DNA of 64,000 nt, from NCBI GenBank assembly GCA_951406725.2, contig OX597826.1:9920001-9984000 (forward strand), read 5' to 3'. The notes under the pieces are model-generated. The model saw only the letters and a list, made by a program, of their open reading frames with translations, was not told where the DNA came from and did not search any database. How positions within the stretch are numbered: position 1 is the stretch's first letter; each line of letters opens with the position of its first letter. The DNA comes from Octopus vulgaris (taxonomy: Eukaryota). The translations under genes were made by a program, and so were the position numbers. Shown here in pieces: positions 27,321-39,960 of the stretch.

Positions 27321-29566
27321 AAAACTACTTTTGGTGTATTTGTTGGTTTGTTTTTCTTTAGATGCGCGTAAATTCATCCGTCTATTATAAATTTCCTTAT
27401 AAAACTCCTTAAAGCATTCATTCACGTTTCCTTTAAACAAATATCTCGACGTGATCGTTTCTACCTGATGAAATGTATCTTAAAATTCTCGCAAAATGAC
27501 ACCCCTGTCTTCGAAAAACGACAGTGGATAAAATAAATGCAGATCTTCTGAAAAGAAGCTAGGGTGGTCATGGCGGGAACGTCTACAAACAAGCTTGTTC
27601 GGTCGTGGTTGATCTTGTGCTAAACAATAACAACGACACAAACACTATGTCCATCCGCATTGGCTCAGCTGAAATAAAATAGCTGTTGTTGGTATGAAAT
27701 GAATTTTCAATCTGAAGTGCTTGTGTTATTACATTCAAAACCCGAGATCCACCCGATTGCAACCACTTCCTGAATAAAAATATCTTTTTTTAACTGAACT
27801 ATTTTTGAAGGTGAAGGATATCGTCACAGGAAAAACCACTTTATGTTACTATGCTTATTTTATTGATCACCGCGATATAGAGACGAAGAAGGGCCTTGAA
27901 CTAAATATTGTAAACTAACTAATCCGTCCTTCAGAATAAACAATATTAAATTTACAAAAGCAAGGTGGGTTCTGCAGCGCTGTTTAACCCCAGGTAAGCT
28001 CTGACTGGGTATTAAACAACACAACAGTAACCGCCTAAGGTGCAAACCTGCTCTTAGAGGCTTTCTAGTTGTTAACAGACCCTTGCTTTTGAGTACCAGT
28101 AACCAGATTGTCCTGTGTTCTATATTTAAGACAGTAAAGTGTGATTCGATGGAAATTTGGCTGTTATTTCTAGAGCATCGATTAACAGAATTGCTGGCGC
28201 TCCAACAAATTACCCAAGGTATTTCACTATGACCCTTTATGTCCCGAGTTCAAACACTTAGCGAAGTCTACTTTTGTTTTGGGTTTTTTTAAATCATTCC
28301 TTTCGTGTTCTCAATGCCTTCTAGGAATATTGTAACTTTTAGTGCAGGTTGGATTAACCATTAAACAAAATAAACACGTGCTCGGGATATCGCAGGGTTT
28401 TTACAAGTGACAAACATGGTGCAAATTGGTAACTTATAAACTGTCTTTTTTTAATGAATAAAAAATGTTAAAAATTTACGTGTTTTTTTTTTCTTATTTT
28501 ACAAATTCTCCCCCTTCTCTTCTCTCTCCGACCTTTTCCCCCACCCAACAGTTTTTTAAACCGATACATTATTTGTTATTATCTGTGAGGGTTTCCACTT
28601 TGGGACTCACCATTAATGTGTGTGTCACTTTTTATTGTTTCTTCCATGCTGCAGGAATATTACAAATACACATCACTACATACATGCACTCACACACAAG
28701 ATCTTATATAAAGACAGTAGGAGGCATGGCTCAGAAAATTGCCTGACGCGGTGCAGATGATTATCATCATTTTAACGTCCGCTTTTCCATGTTTGCATGG
28801 GTCAGGGAGATGGGGGTTTTTTTTTATCAAGGAATATTTTCTATAGCCCTATGCCGTTCTTGTTGCCTACTCAAACTAAGTAGACTTCCCCAATGGCCAT
28901 TAGTTATGTTGCTTGCTGCTGTTTAGTGTTCGATAAATAAATTTAAGATAAAAATGGAATATATTTAATACAGTTGTGGGACTGGTTTTAAAGAAAACTG
29001 AATTTTTAATCTGTAATTTCCCATTCAACATTTAGTATGGCTTAATATCATGTCAGACAATGGAAGGATCTAGGGATAACCAGGGTTGGGCTGTGCTTAG
29101 GGCATCAGTTGGCCTTAATCCTGCCCTGCTTTTGTGTATGCCTTCTGTCTACTATCCGGTTTAGCTCCCTAATTGTTAGGTCTTTATGTGAGGAGAGCCT
29201 TTATTTAGATGTGGAGCTATTTGATATACTACTAAGCATGCAATCAAAGCATGAATGTTTTTCAAGGTCAGTGTTTAGTCCGCTCCTTAAGATCCCTTCT
29301 GAGATCAATAAAATAAAGTACCAGTCAAGTACTGAGGTTAATTTAATATTCCTGTAAACCATCATAGTAGTGAATGGAATTATAATAAAAGAAGGCTGCT
29401 TAGAGGATCCTGCATTGGAATATGAAGCAAGGTTGATTTCCCAACAGGAATTCCTGTACACTAAAATATTACAAAGGCATGTCTATATTCTAATCCCAGA
29501 CAATATTATTGGTATATAACATTTATGAATGATATTACATCCTAAAACTATTTTCAAGGCCCTTAA

Positions 29567-29781
29567 CCCTTTCATTACCAACCTGGCTGAAACTGGCTGT
29601 GTAGTACAAGTGTCTTGTTTTTATAAGTTTTGAATTAAAATCTTCCACCAAGCCTTAGTCACAATTTATGTTCCTAACACTAGCTGAATGATAACTAAGT
29701 TCTTTTACTAATTTCTTTGTTATATTTAAAGTAATTGGAAGAAACACAGAGCATCTCAAAATAAATACAGTAACGAAAGGG
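29567..29781. mobile_element. piggyBac-type MITE
   Basis: TTAA TSD with CCCTTTC...GAAAGGG TIRs. Copies at 57517-57718 and 60310-60529. Confidence 0.88.
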
Positions 29782-29991
29782 TTAAGTTATATTTTCCTTC
29801 CCTTGCCAAAAAAATCTCTTTTTCTTTTTTAACCAGAACACAGAAACATATGGATGGAGATCATAGCTTCTCTACACCCTCTTAAACTGTGGAAGGATCG
29901 TTTATAATTAGATTCTTTGTAAGTAAATAGATAAGCATTAGTTTCAACAATGAGTTGTCAAGCAATGGGACAAATACAAACACAAATACAT

Positions 29992-30025
<34 letters not shown>

Positions 30026-30368
30026 GTGTGTGTGTGTATATATGTATATGATTGGTTTTTTCAGTTTCTGTCTACCAAATCTACTCACAAGGCTCTAGCT
30101 GGCCCGAGGCTATAGTAGAAGATTCTTGCCTAAGGTGCCACACAGTGGGACTGAACCTGGAACCATGTCGTTGGGAGGATATTTATTGACTTTTTCTATC
30201 AGACTTCTGGAATTATTTAAAAAATCTTTTGATGCGAAATTTCAAATTATTGTATGTGTTGTTGATGATAATGGTGGTGGTGGTGTTAGTGATGGTGGTA
30301 GTGGTGGCGGCAGTGGTGATAGTGGCAATCATGATGATGACAATGACGATAGAGGCAGCAGCGACAAC

Positions 30369-30735
30369 AGGAGGCACAATGGCCCAATGGTTAGGGCAGT
30401 GGACTTGCAGTCGGAGGATCGCGGTTTCAATTCCCAGACTGGGCGTTGTGTGTGTTTATTGAGCGAAAACACCTAAAGCTCCACGAGGCTCCAGCAGGGG
30501 GTGGTGGCGACCCATGTTGTACTCTTTCACTCCCACTTTCTCTCACTCTTTCTTCCTGTTTCTCGTCCCCGACTTCCCACGCAACCGCTGAGCCTGGATG
30601 CGCATTCATCCATCCATCGATGCTCTCGGTGTCGGGGCTTGACCTGCTTTCTCTTCTGCGGGTCTTACGAATAGCAAAGGACCACGTTTCGGACTTCTCC
30701 CATCTTGCGAGCTCTGGGACGAAGACCGTTCGCTC
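30369..30735 (+). mobile_element. tRNA-derived SINE (OR-like head)
   Basis: Head tggcccaatggttagggcag...ggtttcaattccc has A/B boxes. The same head occurs at 48120-48222(-) and 63220-63385(-). Confidence 0.85.
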
Positions 30736-31199
30736 AACAGCAACAGCAGCAGTGACGACAATGACGATGACAATGATGGTGGTGGTGGTGGTGGTGATGA
30801 CAACAACATTGAAGACAACAATGACAAAAATGATGTTGACACTGATGATGATGGTGACATTGCTGCTATTGTCGTTCCATTGCACATCTGTCATCTGCAT
30901 TGGTCTAAGAAAGGCATATTCAAATATCAAATACTTTTGTCATCTGAAAAGATATTTGAAAAGACATTATTGTTGTTGTTGTTGCTGTTGTTATTGTAAG
31001 AAACAGCATTGTTATGTAACAGCAGAAGAAAAAGAAAATTATCGGAAACATATTATGTGAACCAACTTCTGTCCAGGAGCAGGAAACATATAATGAAAAT
31101 ACAACTGTTATTGTAAGGCATTATGTTGTTTCTGGGGGAAAATACTATAACTGTGATCAATAGAGAGTATTATGATTTCTATACAGAAAGGATATAGAT

Positions 31200-31775
31200 A
31201 GGCACAGGCATGGCTGTGTGGTAAGAAGCTTGCTTCCCAACCACATGGTTCCAGGTTCAGTCCCACTGCATGGCATTTGAGTAACTGCCTGCTAACTACA
31301 GCCTCAGGCTGACCAAAGCTTTGTGAGTGGATTTGATAGAGTACCATCCAAGCGTGATCGTTGCCAGAGCAGTAAACTGGCTTCCGTGCCGGTGGCATGT
31401 AAAAAGCACTGTTTGAGCGTGATCGTTAGCAGCGTCGCCTTACTGACACTTGTGCCAGTGGTACATGAAAAACCATTCGAGTGAGGTTGTTGCCAGTGCT
31501 GCTGGACTGGCTCCTGTGCAGATGGCACATAAAAAACACCATTTGAGCGTAGACGTTGCCAGTACCGCCTGACTGGCCCCCATGCCGGTTTCACGTAAAA
31601 GCACCCACTATACTTTCGAAGTGGTTGGCATTAGGAAGGGCATCCAACTGTAGAAACTCTGCCAGACCAGATTGGAACCTGGTGCAGCCATTTGGTTCTC
31701 CAGTCCTCAGTCAAATCATCCAACCCATGCTAGCATGGAAAGCAGACCTTAAACGATGATGATGATGGTGATGAT
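31200..31775 (+). mobile_element. SINE family C: family B head, internal ~55-bp tandem units, RTE-like (GAT)n tail
   Basis: Repeated caccattcgagcgtgatcgtt units. Tail ccaacccatgctagcatggaaag...aaacgatgatgat. Confidence 0.85.
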
Positions 31776-32033
31776 ATATATACATACATAAGGATAAGCA
31801 TATTAAAAGTGATCCATGTGAAAACTCCTTTAAATAAAAGGGTTGGGAACCACTGTTCAAAAAAGCCAAATCTCTCTCACATTACACCCTACAATCTGAA
31901 AAAAAAAATGAACACAGATAACATAGACTAAGATAAACTATATCTGAATAAAATATAGGATGGTCATGGCTGGAATAACATTGATCATAAGTTTGCTTGA
32001 TCAGGGCTGTTCTGAGGCTAAACAACTTATTAA

Positions 32034-32246
32034 CCCTTTCAATATTATATTTCTGTCAAAACATTATCTCTGTTTCAATTAATTTAGAAAATAAAAAATT
32101 TAGTAATATAACTTCGTCACTACTAGGCAGGTGTATGGAACATAAATTAACAGGAAATTTTGATGGAAAGTTTTTAGAGCACTTTAAAACAGAAAGTTTC
32201 TACCATAGAACTATGGGTGGTCTCAGGCGAATTGGTTTTAAAAGGG
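32034..32246. mobile_element. piggyBac-type MITE (second subfamily)
   Basis: TTAA-CCCTTT...AAAGGG-TTAA. Confidence 0.75.
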
Positions 32247-32880
32247 TTAATAGCTATACAGCCTAAGTGATTTGAGAATTAAGTGTTTTGGCTAAGGTTA
32301 CAATATATTGACAGTGAAGCAATACAAACCATCACACCTTCTGTCTGCAGTCAGCTATAACACTCTTATCTTCAGAAAAGGAATCAGTAAAATGGTCTGC
32401 TACTATCGCAGATTGGTTCAACCCTTCTGCAGAATAATTTCTGGTAAAGCAAATAAATAAAATCAATATTTTAGCATCTTCTGAAGATTTAAAATTTTAG
32501 AAAATGGCAGTGTTAAATTTGAACAAATTTTCAAGCTGTTTCCATTACAATTGTGATTCACCTTAGCTTTCTTTTCTTTTCTTTTTTTTTTTTTGTCTGA
32601 AGTAACAATAAATATATCTTTTATATTTTTTTTTATTTGTTTTGTTTTGGTCATTGGATTGCAGCCATGAAGGATCACCACCTTCAAGTATCTAACTGAA
32701 CATATCAACCCTAGTACTTATTTTTTAAACATAGTACTTATGATGAACTGCTAGGTTACAGGGACATAAACAAACCAATACCAGTTGTCAAGCAATGCTG
32801 GAGGAACAAACACAAACACACACACACATACATATATACCTATACACACACACACACACATATATTATATATATATATAT

Positions 32881-32914
<34 letters not shown>

Positions 32915-32975
32915 CATCATCATCGTTTAACGTCCGCTTTCCATGGGTTGGACGAAATAGATATACAAATATATA

Positions 32976-33785
32976 TTGGGTCATCCTATAAATAATGCAG
33001 TTTTTTCAATTACCTGAACTAAAAGTCAGAGTGGAACAGGATAAACTACCTGCATCAACTTGCTATAAAAGCAGGTAGTAATTTTACCGTTTACTTATTC
33101 TTAGTGCAAGTTTTGAAGAGTGCAGTTCGATTTTAACTGTTATTTTTTTTGAAAGCCATAATAGAAGTGACAAATGAGCATATTTGGCATATTTTGCTTT
33201 ATGAGATCAATAAAGGCAACAATGCAATGGAAAATGCAAAGAATATTAATGCAGTTTATGGGGATTGGACAATAAGCATAAGCCGGTGTCAACGGTGGTT
33301 CCAGAAATTCCGAGCCGGAAACTACAGCCTAGAAGACAAGCCTCATCCTGGAAGATCTGCAGAGTTCAACAAGAATGTCCTGCAAACCGTCCTGGAAAAA
33401 AATCCCATATAACTGTTGAGGAACTAGCAGAGAAGCTTGGATTTGGTCGTTCAACCATTCATTGACAGTAACTGGTGACAAGAAATGGGTTCTCTATAAA
33501 AATGTCAAGCACTGTAGACAGTGGATAGGGAAAGGAGAAACACTGGCACCCCAGGTTAAAGAAGGTCTTCACCTACTTAAGGTGTTATTTGTTTGGTGGG
33601 ATGTGAAAGGTTTAGTTCACTTTGAACTTTTAAACTCAAACCAAACAATAACAAAGGAGATCTACTGTGGGCAGCTTAAGTCAGCACTTGGAAAAAAACG
33701 ACCAGCTTTGGTTTCAAGACAAAAGATGTTCTTCCATCAGGATAATGCTTGGCCACATACAGTGAGGATGACATTCCAAAAGATG
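32976..33785 (+). mobile_element. Decayed mariner (Tc1/mariner) transposon, internally deleted and 3'-truncated by a SINE
   Basis: TA followed by TTGGG TIR. Translations include QRWFQKFRAGNYSLED..GR, VTGDKKWVLYKN, WWD..G...FELL and HQDNA.PH. The WVPHEL region is deleted. Confidence 0.93.
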
Positions 33786-34504
33786 TCTTCTACTATAGCC
33801 TCGGGCCAGCCAAAGCCTTGTGAGTAGATTTGGTAGACGGAAACTGAAAGAAGCCCGTCGTATATATGTTTGTGTGTCATTGTTTGTCCCCCCCCCCCAA
33901 CATGGTGGTGTGTTTACGTCCCCGTAACTTAGCGGTTCAGCAAAAGAGACCAATAGAATAAGTACTAGGCTTACAAAGAATAAGTCCTGGGGTCGATTTG
34001 CTTGACTAAAGGCGGTGCTCCAGTCAAATGACTGAAACAAGTAAAAGAATATATATATATATATGTATATACACATTTCATTCACAAAGTATGGGTCAGC
34101 CTGGGGCTTTAATAGAAAGCACTTGTCCAAGATAACTTGCAATGGAATTGAACCAGAAACCATGTTGTTACAAAGCAAGCTTCTTAACCACACAAGCATT
34201 CCTGCAACTATGAATTTTTTTATGAGCAGCATCAGCCAGTAACAAAATCAAAGGACTGTTTTTGACTCAGATTCATTTCATGAGCTCTGGCCCACCATCA
34301 TGTTACACAGTAAAAACAATCTTAAAAAGATAAAGCCTGTTTTAGCCTAGCAATGACCACTTGACCTGCAAGAAATAGTTGCCTTTTCTATTTCAAATTA
34401 CATCTTACCCTTTTTTTGCTTTTGCTTTTGTTTTGCTTTTTAAAAACACAGGACACATTAGATATTCCTGGGTACTGTAAAGTCTGCTAGGTAAGGGCTG
34501 ACAT

Positions 34505-34870
34505 CATCATCATCATCATTATCGTTTAACGTCCGCTTTCCATGCTAGCATGGGTTGGATGGTTTGACAAAGGGCTGGCAAATCAGATTCCAGTCTTGAT
34601 CTGGCAGAGTTTCTACAGCTGGATGCCCTTCCTAATGCCAACCACTCTGAGAGTGTAATTGGTGCTTTTACGTGCCACCAGCATGGGGCCAGTCAGGCGG
34701 CACTGGCAACGACCTCGCTCAAATCTTTTTACACATGCCAATGGCACAGGTGCCAGTAAGGAGACGTTGGTAATGATCCCGCTCGAATGGCGCCTCCTAC
34801 ATGCCACCGGCACAGAAGCCAGTTAGCCGCTCTGGCAACGATCACGCTCGGATGGTGCTCTTAGCACCCT
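34505..34870 (-). mobile_element. SINE family C (RTE-like tail)
   Basis: catcatc...gtttaacgtccgctttccatgctagcatgggttgg followed by the internal units. Confidence 0.85.
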
Positions 34871-35313
34871 ACATAATGATGTCTAATAGAGATCCTATCT
34901 ATATGTGATGCCAAGGAAAAAGATGAATCATGAATGAAAGAGACAACACAAGCAGGTCGCACACACACACACACAATGTACAAAACACACACACATACAA
35001 TGTACAAAGGGGACATGGATTCCACAAGCCATATTGCAGGCTACCTACCCAGGAGGGCAGTTAATTCCGAATAAGGACTGATACAAGGTAGCGATGAATT
35101 TTTTATTCACACACAGACAAATCTCTCTCTAGCGTCAGAGGTATGATAAAATACATCCTGGCCATGCTGTAACACAACAACGCAACAACAAGGTTAGCTG
35201 GTTTCCCCTGTAGATGTGTGTGTATGTGAGATAAAGAAGGCCACAATGGATGGTGAGAGAGATGCTATGAGATCCAAACCCTGCAAATGCTTGCATAGAC
35301 ATACAGACATAAA

Positions 35314-35365
35314 ATGATGATGGTGATGTTGATGATGGTTAAGATGATGATGGTGGTGGTGGTGG

Positions 35366-35396
<31 letters not shown>

Positions 35397-35408
35397 GGTG
35401 GTGATGAT
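35314..35408. repeat. (GAT)n/(GGT)n compound microsatellite
   Basis: Direct inspection. Confidence 0.95.
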
Positions 35409-35566
35409 ACACACATACACATGGGTTTACAGAGAAATATTAGACTTTTGTGATTTTGAAGCATAAACTAATTCCCACTTGAAACATGAAACATATTGGA
35501 ACCAATCCAAGCACTGCTCTGTACTTTGATACACCTCATTACACGACAAATGTACACCACTAGCCA

Positions 35567-35775
35567 GCAAGGGAGCCTCTAAGTGGTCACTCAGCCTGCT
35601 AGAAATAACAGCCAAATCCCTTGCAACTCCCATTTTACAATCTTTAAAATGTATGGAATTGAGAACACATTGGATAATGTTGTCCCACATACCCAATGTC
35701 TCAGAACTAGCAGGATAGTCATGACATTTGATCATTATCATTCAAGTTTGCTTGACCATGGCTGACCTAGGGCTA
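35567..35775 (+). mobile_element. Family E repeat; best-preserved HDV-ribozyme-like head (35567-35624)
   Basis: GCAAGGGA/TCCCTTGC pairing encloses GCC-TCTAAGT-GGT and CTGCTA-GAAA-TAACAG-CCAAA. Confidence 0.7.
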
Positions 35776-36046
35776 TATATAACTCTGCATCAGCAACACC
35801 ATACCTACACTACGCTGCAATCCTATGTAAACCAATGATAACAGAACATGCGTGCAGTTACTTAACAGGCTAGAAATAGCAGCCAAATCTCCCTCAAGTT
35901 TCACCCTGTTGTCTGAGGAAAGAAAAACCTACATTGCATAATGTTTCAAGGTCGGCTGCAGCTGGAAAAAAAAAGATGAGATGATCACAACTGGAGTGTC
36001 TTCTTAAACAGAGATGATGTATCTTAAAATATATTTAGCTGTAGGT

Positions 36047-36490
36047 GGAGGCATGGCTGCGAGGTACAAAGTTTGCTTCTCAACCACATAGTTCTGGGTT
36101 CAGTCCCACTGTGTGACACCTTGGGCAGTGTCTTCTACTATAGCCTCAAGCCAACCAAAGCCTTTTGAGTGGATTTGATAGATGGAAACTGAAAGAAGCC
36201 TATTGTGTGTGTGTATGTATATAACCAAAGCCTTGAGAGTGGATTTGGTAGACAGAATGAAAGAAGCCCATCATGTGTGTGTGAGTGTATTTGTGCCTCA
36301 CCATTGCTTGCCAACCAGTGTCAGTCTGTTTACGTCCCTGCAGGTTAGCAGTTTGGCAAATGAAACCAATAGAATAAGTATGTGACTTGTGAAGAAAAAA
36401 AAAAGTCCTGGAATTAATTTATTCAACTAAAACCCTGAAGGCAGTGCCCCAGCATGGCCATAGTCCAATGACTGAAACAAATAGAAGATT
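36047..36490 (+). mobile_element. SINE family B
   Basis: Head and tail present, with an internal duplication of the aaccaaagcctt segment. Confidence 0.85.
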
Positions 36491-37079
36491 TTAAAAAATG
36501 ATACACAAACTAGAATATCTTTTATCATTCAGACCCAGGATTAAACATTAACAAATATAACAGCAGCAGTTTGTTATTGCTTAAACCAAAACTGAACCCA
36601 CATCCTGTACCCCACCGTACTTCTATGTTATCAACTCTGCAATGCTGACCAATAAACCACTACTAATATTATTTTCCATGCATGTCTAAACAGTTACAGC
36701 AATCTATCCTGTCTTATCCTGTCCTTGGCTGTTTTCCAACTGTAATCATTTCATTGTGGGGAAGCAGCAGCTACTCTTAGCTTCCACTACTGCATCTGTC
36801 TCTCTTCTTCCTGGCATTATTTCCACTTGTATATGCTAATGACTGAAGATTGTGACATTTCTTCAATCAAATCTCAGACATATTCTTCTCAAAGCCCACA
36901 AGCGTATCAGCTTTATTCATCTTATGTTCATATTTGTCTTATTTTTGTTTTCAAACATCACTTGTGTCATCTTTCAGATATTCAGATTTGTGCCAAGCTC
37001 AGCTTGAGGACACATTTTTTAAATAAATGGCACAGTCAACTGTGCATGAGAGTGTATTACATACATATTTTCATGTTTA

Positions 37080-37111
<32 letters not shown>

Positions 37112-37117
37112 TGTGTG

Positions 37118-37152
<35 letters not shown>

Positions 37153-37157
<5 letters not shown>

Positions 37158-37360
37158 ATCCAAACAAGAAAGCACAAAAAAACACAACAACGCGAGGACG
37201 TAGAATAAATATAGTGTTATTGGACGCTCAGGAAAGAAGGAAAGAAGCAGGGTTTAACGTTTCGAGCGGAGCTCTTCGTCGGAAACATAGGAGAAGGAAA
37301 GATCCAGAGAAGGGAAGACAGAGGAAAAAAATCGCCAACGGTACACACGAGGTCACATTT
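37153..37360 (-). mobile_element. (TA)n-embedded Penelope-like pLTR/retrozyme-like fragment
   Basis: Flanked by (TA)n on both sides and contains a minimal hammerhead. Confidence 0.65.
37252..37286 (-). ncRNA. Minimal type I hammerhead ribozyme (CCGACGA core variant)
   Basis: GUUU-CCGACGA-A-GAGC(UCC)GCUC-GAAA-CG-UU-AAAC. Stems I and II pair; stem III is the palindrome AACGUU. Confidence 0.75.
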
Positions 37361-37427
37361 TTATATATATATCAATGCACACACGCAAACACATATATAT
37401 GCATACATACAGACAGAGAGAAGGAAA

Positions 37428-37843
37428 AGGGTGGTGAGCTGGCAGAATCGTTAGCACACCGGGCGAAATGTTTAGCAGTATTTCGCCTGCCATTACGTTC
37501 TGAGTTCAAATTCCGCCGAGGTCGACTTTGCCTTTCATCCTTTCTGGGTTGATTAATTAAGTACCAGTTACGCACTGGGTCGTTATAATTGACTTAATCC
37601 GTGTGTCTGTCCTTGTTTGTCCTCTCTGTGTTTAGCCCCTTGTGGGTAGTAAAGAAATAGGTATTTCATCTGCTGTTACATTCTGAGTTCAAATTCCGCC
37701 GAGGTCGACTTTGCCTTACATCCTTTCGGGGTCGATAAATTAAGTACCAGTTACGCACTGGTGTTGATATAATCAACTTAATCCGTGTGTCTGTCCTTGT
37801 TTGTCCCCTCTATGTTTAGCTCCTTGTGGGTAGTAAGGAAATA
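37428..37843 (+). mobile_element. Head-to-tail tandem of two SINE family A copies
   Basis: The second copy starts internally (ggtatttcatctgc, ~37660) directly after the first tail. Confidence 0.9.
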
Positions 37844-39079
37844 AGAGAGAAGGAAAAAGATGAAAAAAGCCAGAGAGATATAATTAGAGAGTTAGCTAAA
37901 TATGTATACACACACTCACATATATCATCATCATCATCATTGTCATCATTTAATGTCCATCTTCCATGTTGGCATAGTTTGGACTGTTCATCAGGATGTG
38001 AGGAGGTCAGAAGACAGTACTATGCTCCAATGGTTCTTTGGTATGGTTTCCAAGGCTGGATGCCTTTCCTAGAGCCAACCACTTTACAGAGTACTGGGTG
38101 CTTTTTAATGGCACCAGCACTGGTGAAGAGCGTCTTCTAACTTGCAAAGCTAAGAGCCAAATGTGGTCCTTATAATTGAAGGAGAATAGAAGAGAGAGAT
38201 TGTGATGATTCTATGCAGGGTGATGAGGGTGGGTAAGTAAGATAAGAGGGAGAGAATTACAGTTGTGAGAGGTTTGTTGTGGAGGGAGTAACAGAATAGT
38301 GGAGTGGGCCCTTACTGGAGGAGGGTGTATGGCAGGGAAAAGGGGAAAGGAAAGGGATTTATGTCAAAGGTTATTAGGAAAAGCAGGAGGCAGTGTGGAA
38401 AGGTGGTGGTGTGGGCTGTGTAAGAAGTATCCTTTGATACAAGGGCATGCATGGACAGTAGATGTGAGGGAAAGGAGTCAGGAAGAGGACAACAGATTTA
38501 AGGGTAGAGAAATTCTGTAGTAGTCATTGCCAGAATGAGGGGTGTAAGGGTAGGCCAGAGAGGTGGGGGGATAAGAAAATGTGTTGAGGGGGACAGGTCT
38601 GTGAGAGCAAATGAGGAAGGGTAGAAAACAGTAGGTGAGTGCAGTGAGATCAATGAGGAAAAGTGGGGCTGAAAGGTACCTAGAGTTTAGGAAAAAGGGC
38701 AGAGGAGAGCAGGACTACTGCAAAGGCATTTCAAATGGAGAGGCTGTGGCGAGAGGATGGTGAAAGAGTGAGAAGGGAGAAAACTAGGTGGGTCCAATGA
38801 GGGAATGTATTGAGAGGTAGAAAGGCTAAAGGGCACCCTGGTAGTATCAGGGTGGACATAGAGAAAAGTGGTGTTAGGTGGTACTAGAGGTAACTCAGGA
38901 GAGAGTGTGCACTGCTAGGGAGTACAGCAAAAGGAGTATAATGAATGAGATAAGAAATGGGGAGGTTGTGATTGATGAAGAGATGAGTTGTGAGGATACA
39001 AAGTGGGGAAGAAGTAAGATGACAGGGGGTTAGTCAGGTAGGTTTGGCAGGGAGCAAATATACATATATATATATATAA

Positions 39080-39480
39080 TTAAAATCAAAATAAGGGTGA
39101 AAAAATTGGATATTAATTTAATAACATCAATTTAACACCAGTGGTTTAGCGCATAAAAAACTGAGATTCAGTAAATATTATTAATACACAAATATGAGAG
39201 AGAATCCACTATGTGGATGCTCTTTCGCTAAAGATAGATCAGCAAGGGTCTGAACCACTAAGAATTGTTCTCGAGAAGAATTTAGCACACTATGAACGTA
39301 AGCGAGCAGGACAAATGAAAAATAATGGGGTTAATCTATATTTTTGTTATTTTTCATTTGTCCTGCTCGCTTACGTTCATAGTGTGCTAAATTCTTCTCG
39401 AGAACAATTCTTAGTGGTTCAGACACTTGCGGATCTATCTTTAGCGTTAGAGTGTCCACATAGTGGATTCTCTCTCATAT
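39080..39480. mobile_element. (TA)n-flanked Penelope-like remnant with 134-bp-arm hairpin
   Basis: Arms 39192-39325 and 39347-39480. Related to 51620-51750. Confidence 0.65.
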
Positions 39481-39539
39481 ATATATAGTTTCTTAACACT
39501 ACCCTTGTGTTTAGGTATATTTTGGCATGTGTGGATGGG

Positions 39540-39960
39540 TCTTCTGTAGCCCTGCATAGCACCAATCAGTTAGTCCTTTGCCATTTTGTCTGAGAAATAC
39601 AGCATCTTCAGGTTAGCCTTTCACACTTTGTCCTAAGTCTTCCTTGATCTCCATCCTCCAAAAGTTTCACTAACTGAACTCCTCAGCACTTTTTTGCATG
39701 CATCAGTCAAACTCCATGCACATCTCATACAGGGACCAGAACAACCTTCTCTCTTGTACACAACACCTGGTTCCCCTTATATCCAGTTTTTTTTTCTCTT
39801 AGCTCATTACTCTGGCATTCACACACACTGACATTACATTTCTTTTTAGTCTTTACAAATTTTCTTCTTTGAAAGCTGTCTCACTACTATGCAACATCAC
39901 AGTTCTAACAACCCAAATGCCATACAAACTGCCCTTCACTCTAAAAGAAGAGGCTTTTGT
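39540..39960 (-). mobile_element. Decayed RTE-type LINE fragment
   Basis: Similar in layout to 23530-23900 but more degenerate. Confidence 0.45.

Noticed and set aside
30369-30445. tRNA gene
   Set aside because: The acceptor stem does not close and the sequence continues into a SINE body found in several copies.
30427-31060. Overlapping 167- and 204-aa ORFs
   Set aside because: They are a SINE body plus trinucleotide low-complexity sequence.
31340-31620. Repeat-spacer-like array
   Set aside because: The units are homologous throughout and internal to a SINE, so this is not CRISPR.
35194-35412. Poly-His ORF (and poly-Ser/poly-Tyr ORFs at 62584-62894)
   Set aside because: These are translations of trinucleotide microsatellites.
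35869-35881. GCTAGAAATAGCA resembles the engineered Cas9 sgRNA scaffold
   Set aside because: Only the GAAA-tetraloop hairpin matches. The flanks belong to a native multi-copy repeat, and there are no CRISPR arrays or cas genes.
36827-37552. Longest ORF (241 aa)
   Set aside because: It is a read-through of microsatellites, a Penelope-like fragment and a SINE, with no domain.
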